Assembly (NCBI GenBank): GCA_965153285.1
Contig: OZ229112.1
Reading direction: 5' to 3' (one strand)
Length of the DNA: 64,000 nucleotides
From: Podarcis tiliguerta
Lineage: Eukaryota
Below are positions 12,721 to 30,600 of this stretch, piece after piece. Position 1 is the stretch's first letter; each line of letters opens with the position of its first letter. A model generated the notes under the pieces. That model was not told where the DNA came from. It was given only the letters and a program-made list of their open reading frames with translations, and did no database searches. Position numbers and translations under genes: made by a program.

Positions 12721-13313
12721 CTTAAACAGTGCCTCTGAATTCTGCAGGAAAACAACTTTTATCTTGTTATGGAGTTTGTACAATGCAAGGAAACAACTGG
12801 GTCTGTTATGAACGTTATGCATCTTTGTAAAACTTGATTGTGAGGACAGAAACTAGGTTTCTTTAGAAACACAAGAATGCAACTGAAATTATTTTTCTTA
12901 TTTAGAAAGAATTTGCTCTTTCCATCAACACTCCCGAGAGCCAGTGTGGTACAGACTGAGAGCATGAGATTTGAATATGAATTAAAATCCCTGCTTAGCT
13001 ATCACTGGGTGACCTGGGGTTAATCACTCAGTCTGACCAAGCCATCTGTAATAGCAGCTCTGTGTATATTTTAAGCATACCCTCTTCACCGAAACTGTGT
13101 GTGTGGATTTCTGGAAATCAAAGTCTCTTTATAGAATCCCAAATCATTATCATATGGGTTCCCTTTTTAAAGCACCTCCCCATCCCATTTATGTATTGCA
13201 ACTACTTGAAAGAAAAAAAAGCCAGAAGGCTTGAAATAGCACAACCCACGACTGTTGAGAGCAATAAATCACACAAAGCCAGCTGCATTGGGGCATGACA
13301 GAATGACTGATGA

Positions 13314-13319
13314 TTTAAT
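13314..13319 (-). terminator. ACTA1: ACTA1 polyadenylation signal ATTAAA
   Basis: Minus strand GAAGAAGCATTAAATCATCAGTCATTCTGT, about 275 nt after the stop, at the end of a 3' UTR block resembling mammalian ACTA1. Confidence 0.75.
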
Positions 13320-13592
13320 GCTTCTTGAAGTATTTTTTTGTTTTTGGTTTCCTTCCACAGGGCTTGGTTTGAAAAATAACAAAATGAGGTAAAATAAATT
13401 AATTTTATGTACACTTTACATACACTCAGTGTCACATGGCGTCTGCAGCAACAGCAACAAAGACATTGTTACAAAATAGAACGTTGAGGTGGCTGTTGCA
13501 GGTGTTCAACAGCCTGCAACTCACAATGTCGTCATCCTGAGAGTAGTAACCAAGTAATAATAATGATCCTTTCTTTTTTTTTGTAAACATGT

Positions 13593-17275
<3,683 letters not shown>

Positions 17276-19087
17276 TCACAAAAGCTTAGAGGCTGCGGGC
17301 AGAATTCTGACCTATGGAAGTCTGACAGGGGGGCGGGTCTCCCCCATGGTGGGGCAGTATAGGCCATTAATCTGAAGAAAGCAGTTCTTACGCTGGCCAC
17401 GAAATAGATTATTTTCTGTTCCCCTTCTACCTGCTTACTTCATTGTTAATAAAGATCTGCAAACTAAAACACCAAGTAACAGCTGAATCTTCAGCATAGT
17501 TAGATGAACTTATTGGGGTCGAGAAACTGAATCACATTTACTTAGGATGAAGTCCCATTTGTCTCCAGTGAGTTCCAGAGTAATAGGTTAGGCTTTACAA
17601 TGCAACCCAACACATTTTGAATAAGAAGGAAGCTCTACTGAATTCAGTGGTACTTGATCTATAGTAAATGTGGTTAGGGTTGGAGCTGTACACTTTGAAA
17701 AATCGAATTTAAATTAAACTCCCTCTTAAAAGATGTGCAGGCCACCCACTTCTAGATCCCCATATTAAGATGCTAATATACAAGTTATTACGCTCTTGTA
17801 CCTGGAATTAGAAGTATGCTGAAGAGCTTTAGCAAAGGCATCACACCACCCCCACCAAACTTTTGACACATGGCTAAAGTGACTAGCACTTTTAGAGAGT
17901 GACAAAGTTGAATGAGGTTGGTCCATTTTACATCTCAATGGAGATAACCCAAACCTTGTCACACAATCTGAACAGCACAACACAGCGTGCAACAGCTCAC
18001 AAAACACGGGATGTTTTTCCTTGTGGAATATATGGTTTGCAAGGAACAGCTTGAAGGCTTGCTTCCTTGAGAAACCTTCTGGGCATACCTGTACTTCCAG
18101 GCAGCACTAACCACTCTGAGCTGTAGTGCTGCAAATGATGGATTGTCCTGGGGACAAGGGGACCCCTGACTTTCTTCAGGACTAGCTACACCCTACAGAT
18201 TCCGGCTTGATGTAACAGAGGCTTCCAACTGGGTGAGCCCTTTGTCTGTGCATGAAACCTTCGGGACTAGTGAAGCATAAGGATGAATAACCCAGAATCA
18301 AATCTCATCCTTCAAATAAAACGGTTCCTATCCTTTGTAGCTCAACACCCTGTGCCTAACACACAGTAAAATTACCATTCATTCAGTAATATAAAACACG
18401 GTAACAAAAGGGCTGGTTCCTTCAAAGCCCTTCTAATTTAATGATAAATACCAATGGAACCAGTTATGTTCCAAGTGAGAAGTGGATTTGTTCATCCCAG
18501 GCAATTTATAACTTGGCAGCTCAGCTGTCAGTTCTAGCCTCCCCTCTCCTTCAGAGTCCCCTCCAAGTGGCCAGCAGCGACTTGTTGAAAGTCACAAGAG
18601 TTCCGTCGATGGCAGAGTCAGACCCTGAGCCCGCATCTCAGAGATCCTTGCCGTGGGACTTCCGCAGACTACGGATGATTCCATCTTACAATATGAGCGT
18701 GTGTGTCAGAATCTTCACAAGTCTTAGCAGCAGCCTAAGCCAAGTGAGAGATTCTGCATAAGTCGAAAGCTTGCTCCCGGGTTGGTTTAAAGGCTGGATG
18801 CAGGCAGGATCTTTTATAATTTAATGTAAAAAACTTTTTTTTTTTAAATAGCAGTGACAATTAAAGAACGCCAGGCGGAGAAGGCTGGATGCAGCTGCTT
18901 TCTGCTCCCTGTTGCCCATTCCTGCTTTGCACCGGAGAGGAGTTGGAAGGCTCCCTCCTTTCGGGGCTGGCTTTGCCATGTCTCCACCTTCCCTCTCCCG
19001 GGTATCCCCAGGGCCGCGTGGCTGGGAGTCCCCCCCACATCATGTGGTCCTGCCCGGATCCATCCCCCTTGCCCGCCCGCTCCTCAC

Positions 19088-19150
19088 CTTCGGGTTGGTT
19101 CCTGGCTCTTAGCTCCGGTTGCTGCTTCTCCCAGCTCTTACAGCTCGGTG
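19088..19150 (-). other. ACTA1: ACTA1 non-coding exon 1 (transcription start approximate)
   Basis: Begins about 25 nt downstream of the TATA box and ends at a strong donor CCCGAAG|GTGAGG (GT at 19086..19087). Sarcomeric actin genes have a non-coding first exon. Confidence 0.75.
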
Positions 19151-19173
19151 GGCTTGCGAGGAAGCCCGGTGGG

Positions 19174-19370
19174 TTTTATATAGGCTCCCGGCCGGGCTCT
19201 TCCCTCCCTTGCCGCCGACCCACAGGAATGTCTCCATATTTGGGTGTCGGGCACCGAGCGAGCCCGGGCGGCCTGGCCGGAGCCCCCCAGGCCCCTTGCG
19301 CTGCCGCGGGGCTGCCCAAAGAAGGAGCGCCTGGCCCGCGCCCAGGTAACACGGGCCGGGCCGTATAAGG
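19174..19370 (-). promoter_or_regulatory. ACTA1: ACTA1 proximal promoter: TATA box, M-CAT (TEAD) site and three CArG or CArG-like (SRF) boxes
   Basis: Minus strand: TATATAAAA 19174..19182, CATTCCT 19224..19230, CCAAATATGG 19234..19243, CCTTCTTTGG 19316..19325, CCTTATACGG 19361..19370. This is the classic skeletal alpha-actin promoter layout. Confidence 0.9.
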
Positions 19371-21819
19371 AGTGTCTGCCGGCCGGGACCTCCTCCGCCC
19401 CCCGGGCCAGGAGGGTTCCTGTCCCAAATAGTCCCCCGAGCCGCCATGCCCTGAAAGGAGAAAGAAGCCCCCGGCTCGGGGAGGGGGGTGCCCGGGCAGG
19501 CAGGCCCCGGGAAGGAGGGGAGGAAGGAAGGAAAATGGGGAGGAAGGAAACGGCCCGGGGCTGAGGGCGGGAGGGGAGGCGAGGCTGCGGCCTACGCGCC
19601 TGTCCAGCCCGCCGCGTTTCCCTCTCGGCCGCGCCGGGAAGGAGCTGGCTAGCAGCGGCTCTGGGACCCCCCTCGCTCAGCCTCGTCCCGCCTGCGGAGC
19701 GGGAAGGGGAATTGGCCAGCAAACAGGTCTCCTTTGTTCAATAGGCTTTACTCCCAGGTAAGTCAGGGCGGGCCAGGACTCGGAGCAGGGCCGCCTTAGC
19801 TGCTCGGGGCGCCCAAGATAAAAACAAGATTTGGACCCGTGCTAAACTCAAGTACTTTTTACTGTAAGGGTGTTCACGGTTGCATTCAGTGAGTGTGTAA
19901 CCTGCATACACAAACAGTTGTACCGACTTGTTCACGTGTACACTCTTTCACATACGCTTGTACCTGTGCTCGGTGCAAGGTGTGAATAAGGCTGGGGTCA
20001 ACCTGTGCATGCTTACTGGGAAGGAACTCATTCCCTGGTTAGTGTGGTAGGATTACAGCCTTAAGGAGTGTAACTTTGGTTTTTTCGTTTTCTTAAATCC
20101 GGCCACTAACTCTCCTGTCCGAAACCACATAAACAAGCACACCCTTTTATCTCAAACTAATGTTACTTTTTAGAGCTCTTGTATCATATCCCTTCATTCA
20201 GGATCAATTATTGTGGTCTAGGGCTCATTCATAAGATCACATGCTTTTGTTGTGGGTTAATTTTAATCCGATGTAGGGCACATTTCATGAACTCGCATTC
20301 TTCCAGTATAGGATGCTAAGATCACATTGGGAGCAGGAATGGAAGCAAATGGGTTTATTGTACAGGAAAGTGTTTAAAATTGGATTAGGGCACATACAGA
20401 AAATCTCTTGATCTGCTTTGTCTACCCCAGAATTACTGTACCTCTTGTGTTTGCAGTGGCAAACAATGCCACTTTACTAACAAAGACATCAGATTTTTTT
20501 CTTTTACTGAAATCAATGATTTGCTTCTAAGTATTAGGATCAGGGAGTTATCACAGGAAAAACATATTAGGCTGGTTCAAGGTGTTAATCGGCTGCTAAA
20601 GCTCAGCGTAGTTCACAAAATACAATATACAGTATACATTGAAGGGAACAAGTTTAAAACCATTTTACAACTCTCCTCACTGGACTGTGTGGATATTGAA
20701 ATGTGATCTTTTGTATAGATTGTCATCTCTAATCTGTACTAATTAACAATTTATTAAGCTCCAGCTGTGTGAACTAAATCAATATTTACCAACGTTTACA
20801 TGTGAAGAACAGTTTTACGTGAGGAATTAGGATGTGCCCTAGACAATCATGGCTGAACTGGGCTGATAACCTAGGCCTCTCCTTTCTGGCTGGCAACACC
20901 AGTTCTCAAGATAGATGTCAGTTAAATGGGGCTGTCGGGTAGACTGGAGCACAGTGAAGTCTATTTCCATGCAAGATTGTATGAGAAAGGCTTATTGAAA
21001 GCCTTGTACAAGATCAGCTCTGAAACAAATCAGGAGAGACGTCAAAGGAATTTGTTATTGGGGTAGGGGAGCTCCTAACCTTTTTCTCTACAATTCAAAA
21101 TGCTGTGCAAAATCAGTTTTATATATAGAGGATGATAAATATCTAAGGGTCTGGCTAGCTGCCAGACTACACTGAACAGTTACCATACACCATGGGCCCT
21201 GCCGCACTTTAGGCTATTTATACCGCTTGGGTACACTGACTTAAAAAAAAAAAATCTAAAGAGATTCATATCTAGTTATGGTCATGGAGGTGGTTAATGG
21301 CAGTTTTGGGATTGGAGAAAGGGTGGAAGTCCAGTCCCCTTTAGGATAAGCCAGGGCACCAGCCACTTATGGAGAGGACTGGACTGAACAGATACCTTAG
21401 GAGGACAGTACAAACACCCTGCCAAAAGTAAGAGGAAGTAACAGCTATACTTGCAGCCCTTCGAATAGACGCTGATTATTTTCAAGAACTTTGCAGGCAG
21501 GATTGAACCAAGTCAATACTGTAACTTTAAATTATGTAAAAACTCATGTATTTGCCTAATTTATCCAGCTCTTGCTAATCATGGGAATATTACAATCATC
21601 ATCAGCATTTATTTGTCACTTTCTACACACAGAGTGACTCAAAGTAACAAAATTAACTAACATTAAAAAAAGCAAATACATCAAGAAAATGCAACAAAAG
21701 TGCACATTTTATGTAAAAAGTATTCATCCAACAATACTGCTGGGACAAAGCCTACCCTGCCAAATAAAACCCCTAAATCAGACTCTAGTATGATCCTATT
21801 TAACAAAAGCCTAGGTGAA

Positions 21820-22245
21820 CAACAATGCTTTGCCTAGCTTCTGAAAGTTGACAATGACAGTGCCAGACATGTTTCCCTGGAAAAAGCATTCTACAAATGG
21901 CGACAACACTGGACAAGCCCATTTTTAAATGATTTTTATTGAGTTTTGCTTTACATACATACACAGAAAAATTCTTGCCTTGCCACCTACCACACCTCTT
22001 GTGGTAGGGGAGAAGGACCTCTGATGGTATTAGCAGGATCTGGGTAGGTTCTGATGGAGAGATGCAGTCCTTAAGATATTGGGGTCCCAAACTGACAGCC
22101 AATGCAGTTGGACTAGAACTGTGTTGTATGCTTTGACCACCTGGTTCCAGTCAACAATTGGCTGCTGAATTCTGCACTAGCTGTAGTTTCTGAACGCTTT
22201 TCAAAGGAAGCCCCAAGTGTAACGTGTTGCAGCAATCAGAGGTTT
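21820..22245 (-). mobile_element. L2-clade LINE 3' remnant
   Basis: Translation DCCNTLHLGLPLKSVQKLQLVQNSAA resembles the L2 ORF2 C-terminal motif (DYCN..L.GLP....KLQLVQNAAA). Confidence 0.7.
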
Positions 22246-24929
22246 GCTGAGAGGGTAACAGCATCTTTATAGCAGAGGTTGGCGGGTTGTAGGCAACAAA
22301 GGAGGGCAAGATGCAATATGGAACTCTGAAGCCTAGTCCCATTCCTCCATTGCAACTACTAAGCTCCCCCTGCAGCACATCTAGTTGGAGATTTCACCAG
22401 CCGTTGTGCACATGCCTGTTTAAACCTGTTTTCACAATCATAAAGACTCACTAGGAAATTGGTTACGGAATCATAGCCTTTTAGAGTTGTAAAGCACCTT
22501 GGAGATCTTATAGTCCTACTATTATCAGGATGCTGAATTCTATATCCAGTACTGTTATCTTTGAGCAGCATGATTTCAGATGACACACCATTATGTCCCT
22601 TGGTGCAATTTGGTGGCACTGGTAGCATGTTTTCATTACTGGCTAAACTATAGGCATTCACAACAGCAAAAGGGCAAAGACCCACTCTGACGGCACACAC
22701 CCAGTTTTGTACATTTGGACTCATACATGTGAAAAAATGCATATATTTAGGGGTGAGGAATGTTTTTCAGCTCAAGGACTGCATTCCCTCCTGGGCATCT
22801 TCCAAATGCCACATGGCAGTGGTGGGTGGGGCTAGGGGCAAATGAGGGTGGAGCAACCAATGCAAATTTTACTTTTATACAGTAGGCTAGTCTCTACACA
22901 CACACATAACTCTCTGTTCTCCATTTGGGCAAGCAAAGGTGCTATTGGAGTTCAAGGCAAAAACACTTGAGGGTGCCAAGCAGGACATGTGAGGGACAGG
23001 GTTTTAGCGGGGAGGGCATGGAGGGGGGGGGGAGACCAGATAGAGAAACTTGGAAGGCTGCATTGGGACCCTGTCCCTGCAGTCCCCCACCCCAGTACGA
23101 AAGATTTAAAGACACCATAATCTCACATTGAAATTATGCCATGGCCTAATTTGATATGTGCACATTGCATGGTTAGTTGTGCTTGTGTTAGGCAAAATAA
23201 TAGTAATTCAGGATTTCCCATGTGTCTTTTAGAATGGAAATGCACATATATATACTTTTGCATTTTCAAAGTGAAGGAAGTATGGGACTTTGGACCTTCA
23301 TCCCATTCAACCTTACTGAAGACATTCATTCTCTATAAAAAAACCCAACACTTTATTTGTAGTTCTGGTTAGAAAGTGAGGCCATCTGTGTTCCATATAA
23401 TACCCCAAACTGCTTTAAACAACAATATACACTAATTAGGTTGGATTATGTATCTGAATTGCATTCCACTGTGATGCTATGATCCACTGCACTTCAGTTG
23501 TGTTAATCTGTGTGTAAAATAGACACTTATTTCTAAATGTTCACATCTGCAAACGTTTAAATAGGGTTGTATCCTACAAAGTCTTTTTGCTGGTGCTGGA
23601 ACTTCCACTTGTGTAACAGAACATCCTCCCTCCAATCCCCGTGTGCTTCCCAAATCTGTTTTGGGGAGTCCCCTTGATCCTATGGAGCATATTAGAGTGC
23701 GCAGTGAGAGAAGAGGGAGGGGAAATCTCATGGTGGGAACAAGTCCTGGTGGGAACAGGATGACTTGGATACAATCCACAGTTCTTGAGCCATACCACTA
23801 AAAGCAGTAAATCCTTCCCATGCGGTTTATTACATATCATTCCAGAACATGATTTTTGGAAGCATCTATATCTCGAGAGTAGGGAATAGGTGATAAGACC
23901 TGCAACAATCACATAGTCTGTGTGTCAAAAAATTGTTAAGTTACTAACAGTGCCATCCAATATATATCAGAATATTTTTATACCCACTGAATTAAATGGG
24001 ATTTATTTTCTAGAGAGTGGGTATAAAACTGCAGCCTGGTGGAACTCTTTACTGTATGTTTTGATATAGTTATTTTAAACATCCCAACCAGCATTCTGTG
24101 CAGACTTACTTTATATTATCAGCATGTATGCGAATCTCACAAGAAACCTCTAAATTTCAGTTGCAGACTTCAAGCAGACACATTTGGGTAGCTGAAACCA
24201 GTGCATTGTTACCGTAATTTCTACAGACACTGCTTGAGTGGCTTGTGCTGAAATGAAGCATTGGTTCATATGCTGTCTACTCTGCTGGACATGTGGATGT
24301 ATGGTGCAGGGGTGACCGAAAGCTAAGTCTGGGGTGCACAATCCCAATTTTGTTCATTTATGCATGTTTTGGGTGTTCTTGGCAACACCTGCAAGTGTCT
24401 TGCACCCGGAGCTGGGCCTGATACACTGCTGTGGTGTCTTACAGATGCAACTCCCCTGGAGTTTTGGATTTATGATGTGGGATGGCCCAAGTTTATCATG
24501 AGGCATAAATCCCCTGTTGTGTATTGAATTCTAATCATAAGATTGTAAACTTGCAGGGAGGTTCTCAGTTCTATATTCTATACAGCCTCTTATTACGCCC
24601 CCCCCCCCCAAGCACTTAAGAATGAATGAACATGTGGAGCCTGCAACAAGTGGAATCTGTTGCAGTGGAAAGTGTTGCTGTCTAGGGTTCCAGCTGTGCC
24701 GCCTTCTCAGACACCCCATTCCCTGTCCCATTCATTTCCCACAAGTCAGCCAGCATCCTGTGGCTACTGTCCATGCTCAGAGCTTTATTGAGTCCCATTT
24801 TTATATTTTGGCAAGCCATGGGATTTCCCCAAGCTGGCTGATAATGCCTTTCTTCAGCATGGGTGATGACATTTTACTGGACAGGGATCCACACTCAGAA
24901 AATGAGGTTGCTATTAACATACAGGATTA

Positions 24930-25142
24930 CAGGCAACCTCCCATTTACACACCTTCAATATGTGCACAGCTGTGCATATGTGTATTGGACTGAACCTGGA
25001 AGTGACCAAAAAACATCACAAAAAGGGATGGGGCGGAATGGGGTGTTTGCAGGCTTTTCCGATGGCATTTCAAATATACACTATTTCACTTAAACGTGCG
25101 GTGCCTTGGAACATAACCCTTGCATAAATGGGGAGTTGCCTG
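24930..25142. mobile_element. Older Tigger/mariner-type MITE
   Basis: TA|CAGGCAACCTCCCATTTA ... TAAATGGGGAGTTGCCTG|TA. Confidence 0.7.
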
Positions 25143-27452
25143 TATTATAGTTTGTTACCTGCACTCAGATTGTTAACGTTGATCATACCAACCAAGCTGC
25201 AGAACATAAAAGCAGACTTTGTGATCTTCAGAGTTATGCAAACTTCTGACACAATGTTGCCTTATGATGCATGTCCTTTTACAAATATCCATGTCAACAG
25301 TATATAAACTAAATGCAAAAAATGACTAAACATCAGTTTTTCTGCTCTCTCCAAGCAAGTGGTCATTTCCGTTGTAAACATTCTTAGGGATTAGGATGTA
25401 GGAAGATAGGCATGAAGGATTAAACTAATATTTTGTTAGTACTCAGCTATAACAGAGACAAGGCAGGTCAAATTCCAGCAACGAGAGCTGGTGTAAGAGT
25501 AAAGCCGATCTCCATAGGAGAAATTGCTGTATGTTCTCAAGTCTATCTAGATGAAAGTAACAACTTTACACCCTTGCCTCTTGCTTTAAATCATAGGATG
25601 TTTTCAGAAGAGTCATTTGTAAGGTGCAACATTAAAACAAACTGCCACGTTTGATAGTTATCTCACATACTAATCCAACTTTTCCACTCCGCTAAAGAAT
25701 TTATCGATTGAAACATCCTGTAGAAATGAATTTCCCCAATTCAGTAGAGCTGATCAGTATAATGTGCTGCAAATGTTGCCCTTTTTTGTAGTATCAGTGG
25801 ATTGATATTGAAGGAATACATATAATCTCCAGTAAGAAGAATTCATATTATTGATAAATCTTCCAAAGGTATTCTGTGGGTATATTCAGATGACCCATTT
25901 TATCATCACATAGTGACTTCTTGCAATTGCCATTCACTAGATTCATGCTTACAGAAGCCAAACCCTAAAACAAAATCCACTCCCTAGCCCTGCGGTCTTT
26001 AAGCAAGGTGACCCCCCACTAGGTATCAACATCAACAGGTCATTGTAGAGTGATGCACTAAAACATAATGGAATCACTCTTGTGAAGACTGTAACCCTAT
26101 GCACACCTTCATGGGAGTAAGCTCATGTGAGACTTGCTTTTAAGTAAACTTGCAGAGGATGGGGCTGTATATCTCTTACGAAACCTATGAGCAACATACT
26201 CTCACCAAATGTATTTTGGTCAATAAACAGTGACATGGGATGGGGGAACCTCCAATTGACTCCGAGGTCTTCAGACAGCAGTAACAGAATTTCCAGCAGA
26301 TGAGGGTTAAGTAGCACTCGTCAGTGTTAAATACAACAAAGCAAGCTAAGTGGGTTTTAGAGACAATGGGAGGGAAATTCTAGCAGAACCTTCAGTCCCT
26401 ATTACTAGACGCAAAGCCAAGCAGTAAAGTCTAGGCAGAGAAATGGCTTCATTTTATCACTATCCATTTTAAGTCATATTTTTAACTCCGTTATTCTCTA
26501 GATAATAACCAAGATACGCTGCTTAATTCTTGCTATCAAGTACAGTGAGCCCCTCTCTGCTATGCAGAACTTTGGATCTATTTCCAGTGGTGCTAATGCA
26601 TTTCTTTTCTACATTGGTTTGAACATGTCCAGATAAGTCTATTTTTCCGAACACATCCAGCTCCTCCACTCTTAGCGCCGTATTAGCACAGCAAGAAGGG
26701 AAGCCATGGAATGATAGCAGGGCTTTTAAAACTAGAAATTGGACTCTCTTCAACTGATTTAACTTATGACCTTCTCAGCTGTTGGATCAAGTTCTTCTAA
26801 TAGGCATTTAGCCAAGGCATAAAGTAAAATGTGTGGGGAGGCAAGTTGCTTTGCAGTCAATCTGTGCATGCTTAGCAGTCTGTAAGAAAGATTCTCTGTG
26901 ACATTTGTCAGATTAAAGCCACTAAGTTAGCTATCTACTCTTTTAAGCATTAGAATGTATAAATTCTGTGGATTGTACAGCAACCCAGCAACTCAAAACA
27001 GCCTGGTATAAAACAGAGAAGAGACTCTTCCAAGAGAGGCAGGCAGAGAACAGCTTTCTAGTCTTCATGCCATTACCTAGATGGTAGTAGAACGTGATAC
27101 CGCAATGTGGTGAGCACCAAAACTTTCATTATTTATGTATAAAATATCTGTGGACCTGCAGTGTGTTTGTAACTGAATAAAAAGCATTCTTCAGGATAAG
27201 ATTGAAAATGGGGTGGATTATATTCATTTACTTACAGAAGCAGAGCACAAGCTGGAAGTTGGATTACTGAAGCAAGAGGAGATGTCTGTTCCAAACCATG
27301 TTTTAAAGCTTATCTTGAGAGTGCACAGAACAGTTTTCTTAAGCTTTGTAAGTTTTTGTCTTTGTCAGATGGAAAGGCTACCAAACCTTCTAGATACTCA
27401 ATGAATTCTTTACCATTTTAAAGACGGACATGTTCTTAGTTAACATAAAGAT

Positions 27453-27458
27453 TTTATT
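27453..27458 (-). terminator. NUP133: Probable NUP133 polyadenylation signal AATAAA
   Basis: First AATAAA on the minus strand, about 70 nt after the stop codon. Confidence 0.65.
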
Positions 27459-27528
27459 GCAAAAAAATTTAAAAAGTGTACAAAAAGTTCATTCTTTAGA
27501 AATGGTCTTTCTAAAATTCAGAATTCTC

Positions 27529-27665
27529 TCAGGTCTGCCTATAGACATAAAGTTCGTAATTTGCTTTAAGTACAAATTCTAAGTACGGTTTGCATGTTAA
27601 GTGTTCAAGTTCATCTGCTTGCATTAAGTCTTTTACCCCAGGTAGATATTCGCTGAGCTGAATTC
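27529..27665 (-). CDS. NUP133: NUP133 exon 26, coding part
   Basis: [44 protein letters not shown] then TGA at 27529..27531. Confidence 0.93.
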
Positions 27666-30600
27666 CTAAAACAGAAAGAAGTTATTAGCTACTGTAAACT
27701 GCAAACGTTGAGTGATCATTGAAATGCGTACCTACATTTCAGAATAACTTGTCTAGGCCCGGGATACAGGGATAATTTTTCAAAGCACTATCATCAATGG
27801 GTAAGTTTTATTTTCAAACCACATTTGGCAAATCCCTTCTGCCCTTAGCAAACCATGCCTTATTTTCAATTTTGCCTGCTGTGTTTATATCTTGACTACT
27901 AATGATATTAACGCCATTTGATGTAAATATATGTAAAGCAAAGAACTCACAAAAACCTATTTCTGAGCATATTTCACACAATAATATCTACCTTCTTTGA
28001 ACAGCTTTTGTAGAATTTTCACAAATATGCTGTCTTTAGATGCTTCAATTGGATCATCTTTGCCTTCTGAACTACACCAACTGTAACCAAAAAATAAAAG
28101 TTAGTAGAAATAGAATATATTTTAAAAAACAAATATATACAGTATTAAATCAGAATCCCCAGTGTCACTTTGTGTGTATTTTGATTATTTGTGTATCCTT
28201 TACTCAATTTCACATCTTTCAAGGCCATACAGTATTAAGAATGCTAAAATGTATATTCTACTTGACAAAGATTAAAGTAAAAAATAATAATTATATGTGC
28301 CTCACTATGGATAATTTTTTTTTTACAACTAATAAGCTACACTTCCAAACACTGCAGGATATATACATAGAGGTGTTAGTACTGGGCTGTCCCCTGTAGT
28401 GGGATTAGCAAACAATTTTTCAGAGTGACCTATGCCACAGAAAGAGACTTATCAAATATTAGAAATGGTGTGCAACCAGCTTTTTATTTCAGTATACCTT
28501 CCGATTCAGTGTTGTTGCATTATGCAAACAGCATCCATGCTCCAAAACATTGTCAACGGAGGAAATGTCCTATTAGCACATTAACTCAACTATCAGCCTT
28601 AATTTGCCCTATAAGCAGGTTTTCAGAAGTGTCTCATTTGCAGGATGCTGGACCAAGAGAACTCTGAAATCATGTTTAGAGTTCCATTTCAATACAATCA
28701 ATAAATCCATTTAGCATGTCTTTTAGTAATGCATTTTTTAAAGCATTGTCAAAACCTTTGCATAAAGAAGACCTTCCTTAATTTCCCTTGCCACTACCAT
28801 TTACTTTAAGAATTTCCTAGGCAGGTGAAAATGGATGCGTTAAACAACTATGCATGCTGGGAAAAGGATCTATTTCCCTACAACTTCCTTTGCATTTCTA
28901 TTCGCTACTTCACCTTCATGAGGAGGGCACAAAATGTAAGAGAGAAACACAGTCCACTACCATATAAGGAAGTCACCAAGTGTTCCCCACAAGCCTCAGG
29001 GTACTACCCAAGAATTCAGTTGCCATATATAGCTATGAAGCAGGGATGCATAAAGGATTATGCACAATTATGCACATTCCTGAAGAACAGGTAGTTCAAA
29101 GTGTCCAATGCAATGATTTGAAGATGCATCAAAACTCAAGATGACATATTCTCATGAATAAGGATTATTCTTGCATAGCTATTTTATCTAAAGCTCAATC
29201 AATTGGGCATATCTATTGAAATGCTAAACATGCTATTCAAATGAAGATCAGTTTCCAACAAATGTTTCGGCTGCCAACTTGGATATCAAACCTTGACAGA
29301 TTTATATTTAACTTTGTTCGCTCAGAGTTTATATACTATTTGTGCATAGTGATCCCTGTTCAGTGAATCCTTAAATTGTTCTTAGTATAGTAGGAGAAAT
29401 AATTAACTCCAAAATCCTAAACATTCCATGAAGCTAGAAAGAGCTGACTTCTGAGTAAACCTGCACAGACTGGGCTTCAAAGGGGTTCACAGATTTCTTT
29501 AGTGTTCAGAATAAGTGTACCTCAGATATTAACTCAAATGTCTGAAGGTAGAAACAGCAGCTCAGTCTTGCAAGGACTTAGGGATTTAGCCCTAAGCAAG
29601 TTTGAAACACAGTGTTGATTTATTCCATCATTATGCTTTAAAGACTGAGTATTGTTTTAGAAGCTGACTAGGTTTTTGAAAATTAAAAGGTGGGATATGG
29701 GGGTTTTCATTTGTCATAGGGGCTGTCTGGAACAACCTGCAAACAGGCATGTTCTAAACACCACCTGACACAAATACAAAAAAACACACCTTCAACTATC
29801 TCTTGATTTAGAGCCAATAACATTTAGTTCAAATGCTATTGTAACTGCAGGCAATTCCTTAAATGGAACATGTAGAATAGGCCACACACAGCCTCCTGGG
29901 GCACTCTCTTTGGCCCACTGGCCTCTCCTTCCATGCCCTGCCCATACTGCAGTGCCATTTCCCCACTACTTGGTTGTTTCTGCCAACCAGCTAAGTAGTG
30001 AGGTGTGGCAGGTCATGAAACCCAAGTTCTCACCCCTGGTGCCCAAGTGATCAGTGACGGCTGAGTTGCAGGAAAGGGGGCGAACTGCTGCAGAGGCCTG
30101 CTGCTGAGGGAGAAATAAATCTCTCTCTCTATCGGAAGCCTGCTGTGTTTCCATGTTGTGCCCTTAGAGAAAGAAGCCTATTTCGAAGCATGTAGTATGG
30201 AACACAAGCAAGCTGTCAATGGAGAAAGATATTTGACCCCGCCCACTACTGGCTTGTGGTTCCTCCAGATTCCCCCATGATGGAAAGTGGCTCTAGGGCT
30301 GGGAAAGGTTTACTACCCGTGATGTAGCATATTACCATGAAGAAAATGCAATCATCAATCATCTGAAGTGTAAACGAAATGTACCACTGCTGTGCCGTTG
30401 GCCAGAGAACCAAAAAAAGCTGGCTTGGCATAATAGTTAAGAGATTCTAGTTGCCCACAGTTCAAGTCTCATCCCTGCCAAAACCTGTTGGGTATCCTTA
30501 GGTAATCTTAATTTAGCCCCCCATCTGTAACAGGAGGGGAATTATTAGCTTCTCTGAGGGCTACTGAGGATGACCAGGTTCACACATCATATTAAACTAT

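Larger units (their letters stand above)
18990..19815. promoter_or_regulatory. CpG island over the ACTA1 promoter and exon 1
   Basis: Very GC- and CpG-rich stretch with GC boxes, against CpG-depleted flanks. Confidence 0.8.

Noticed and set aside
18854-19722. Several overlapping 100-194 aa ORFs
   Set aside because: Pro/Arg/Gly/Ala-rich translations of the ACTA1 CpG island with no recognisable domain.
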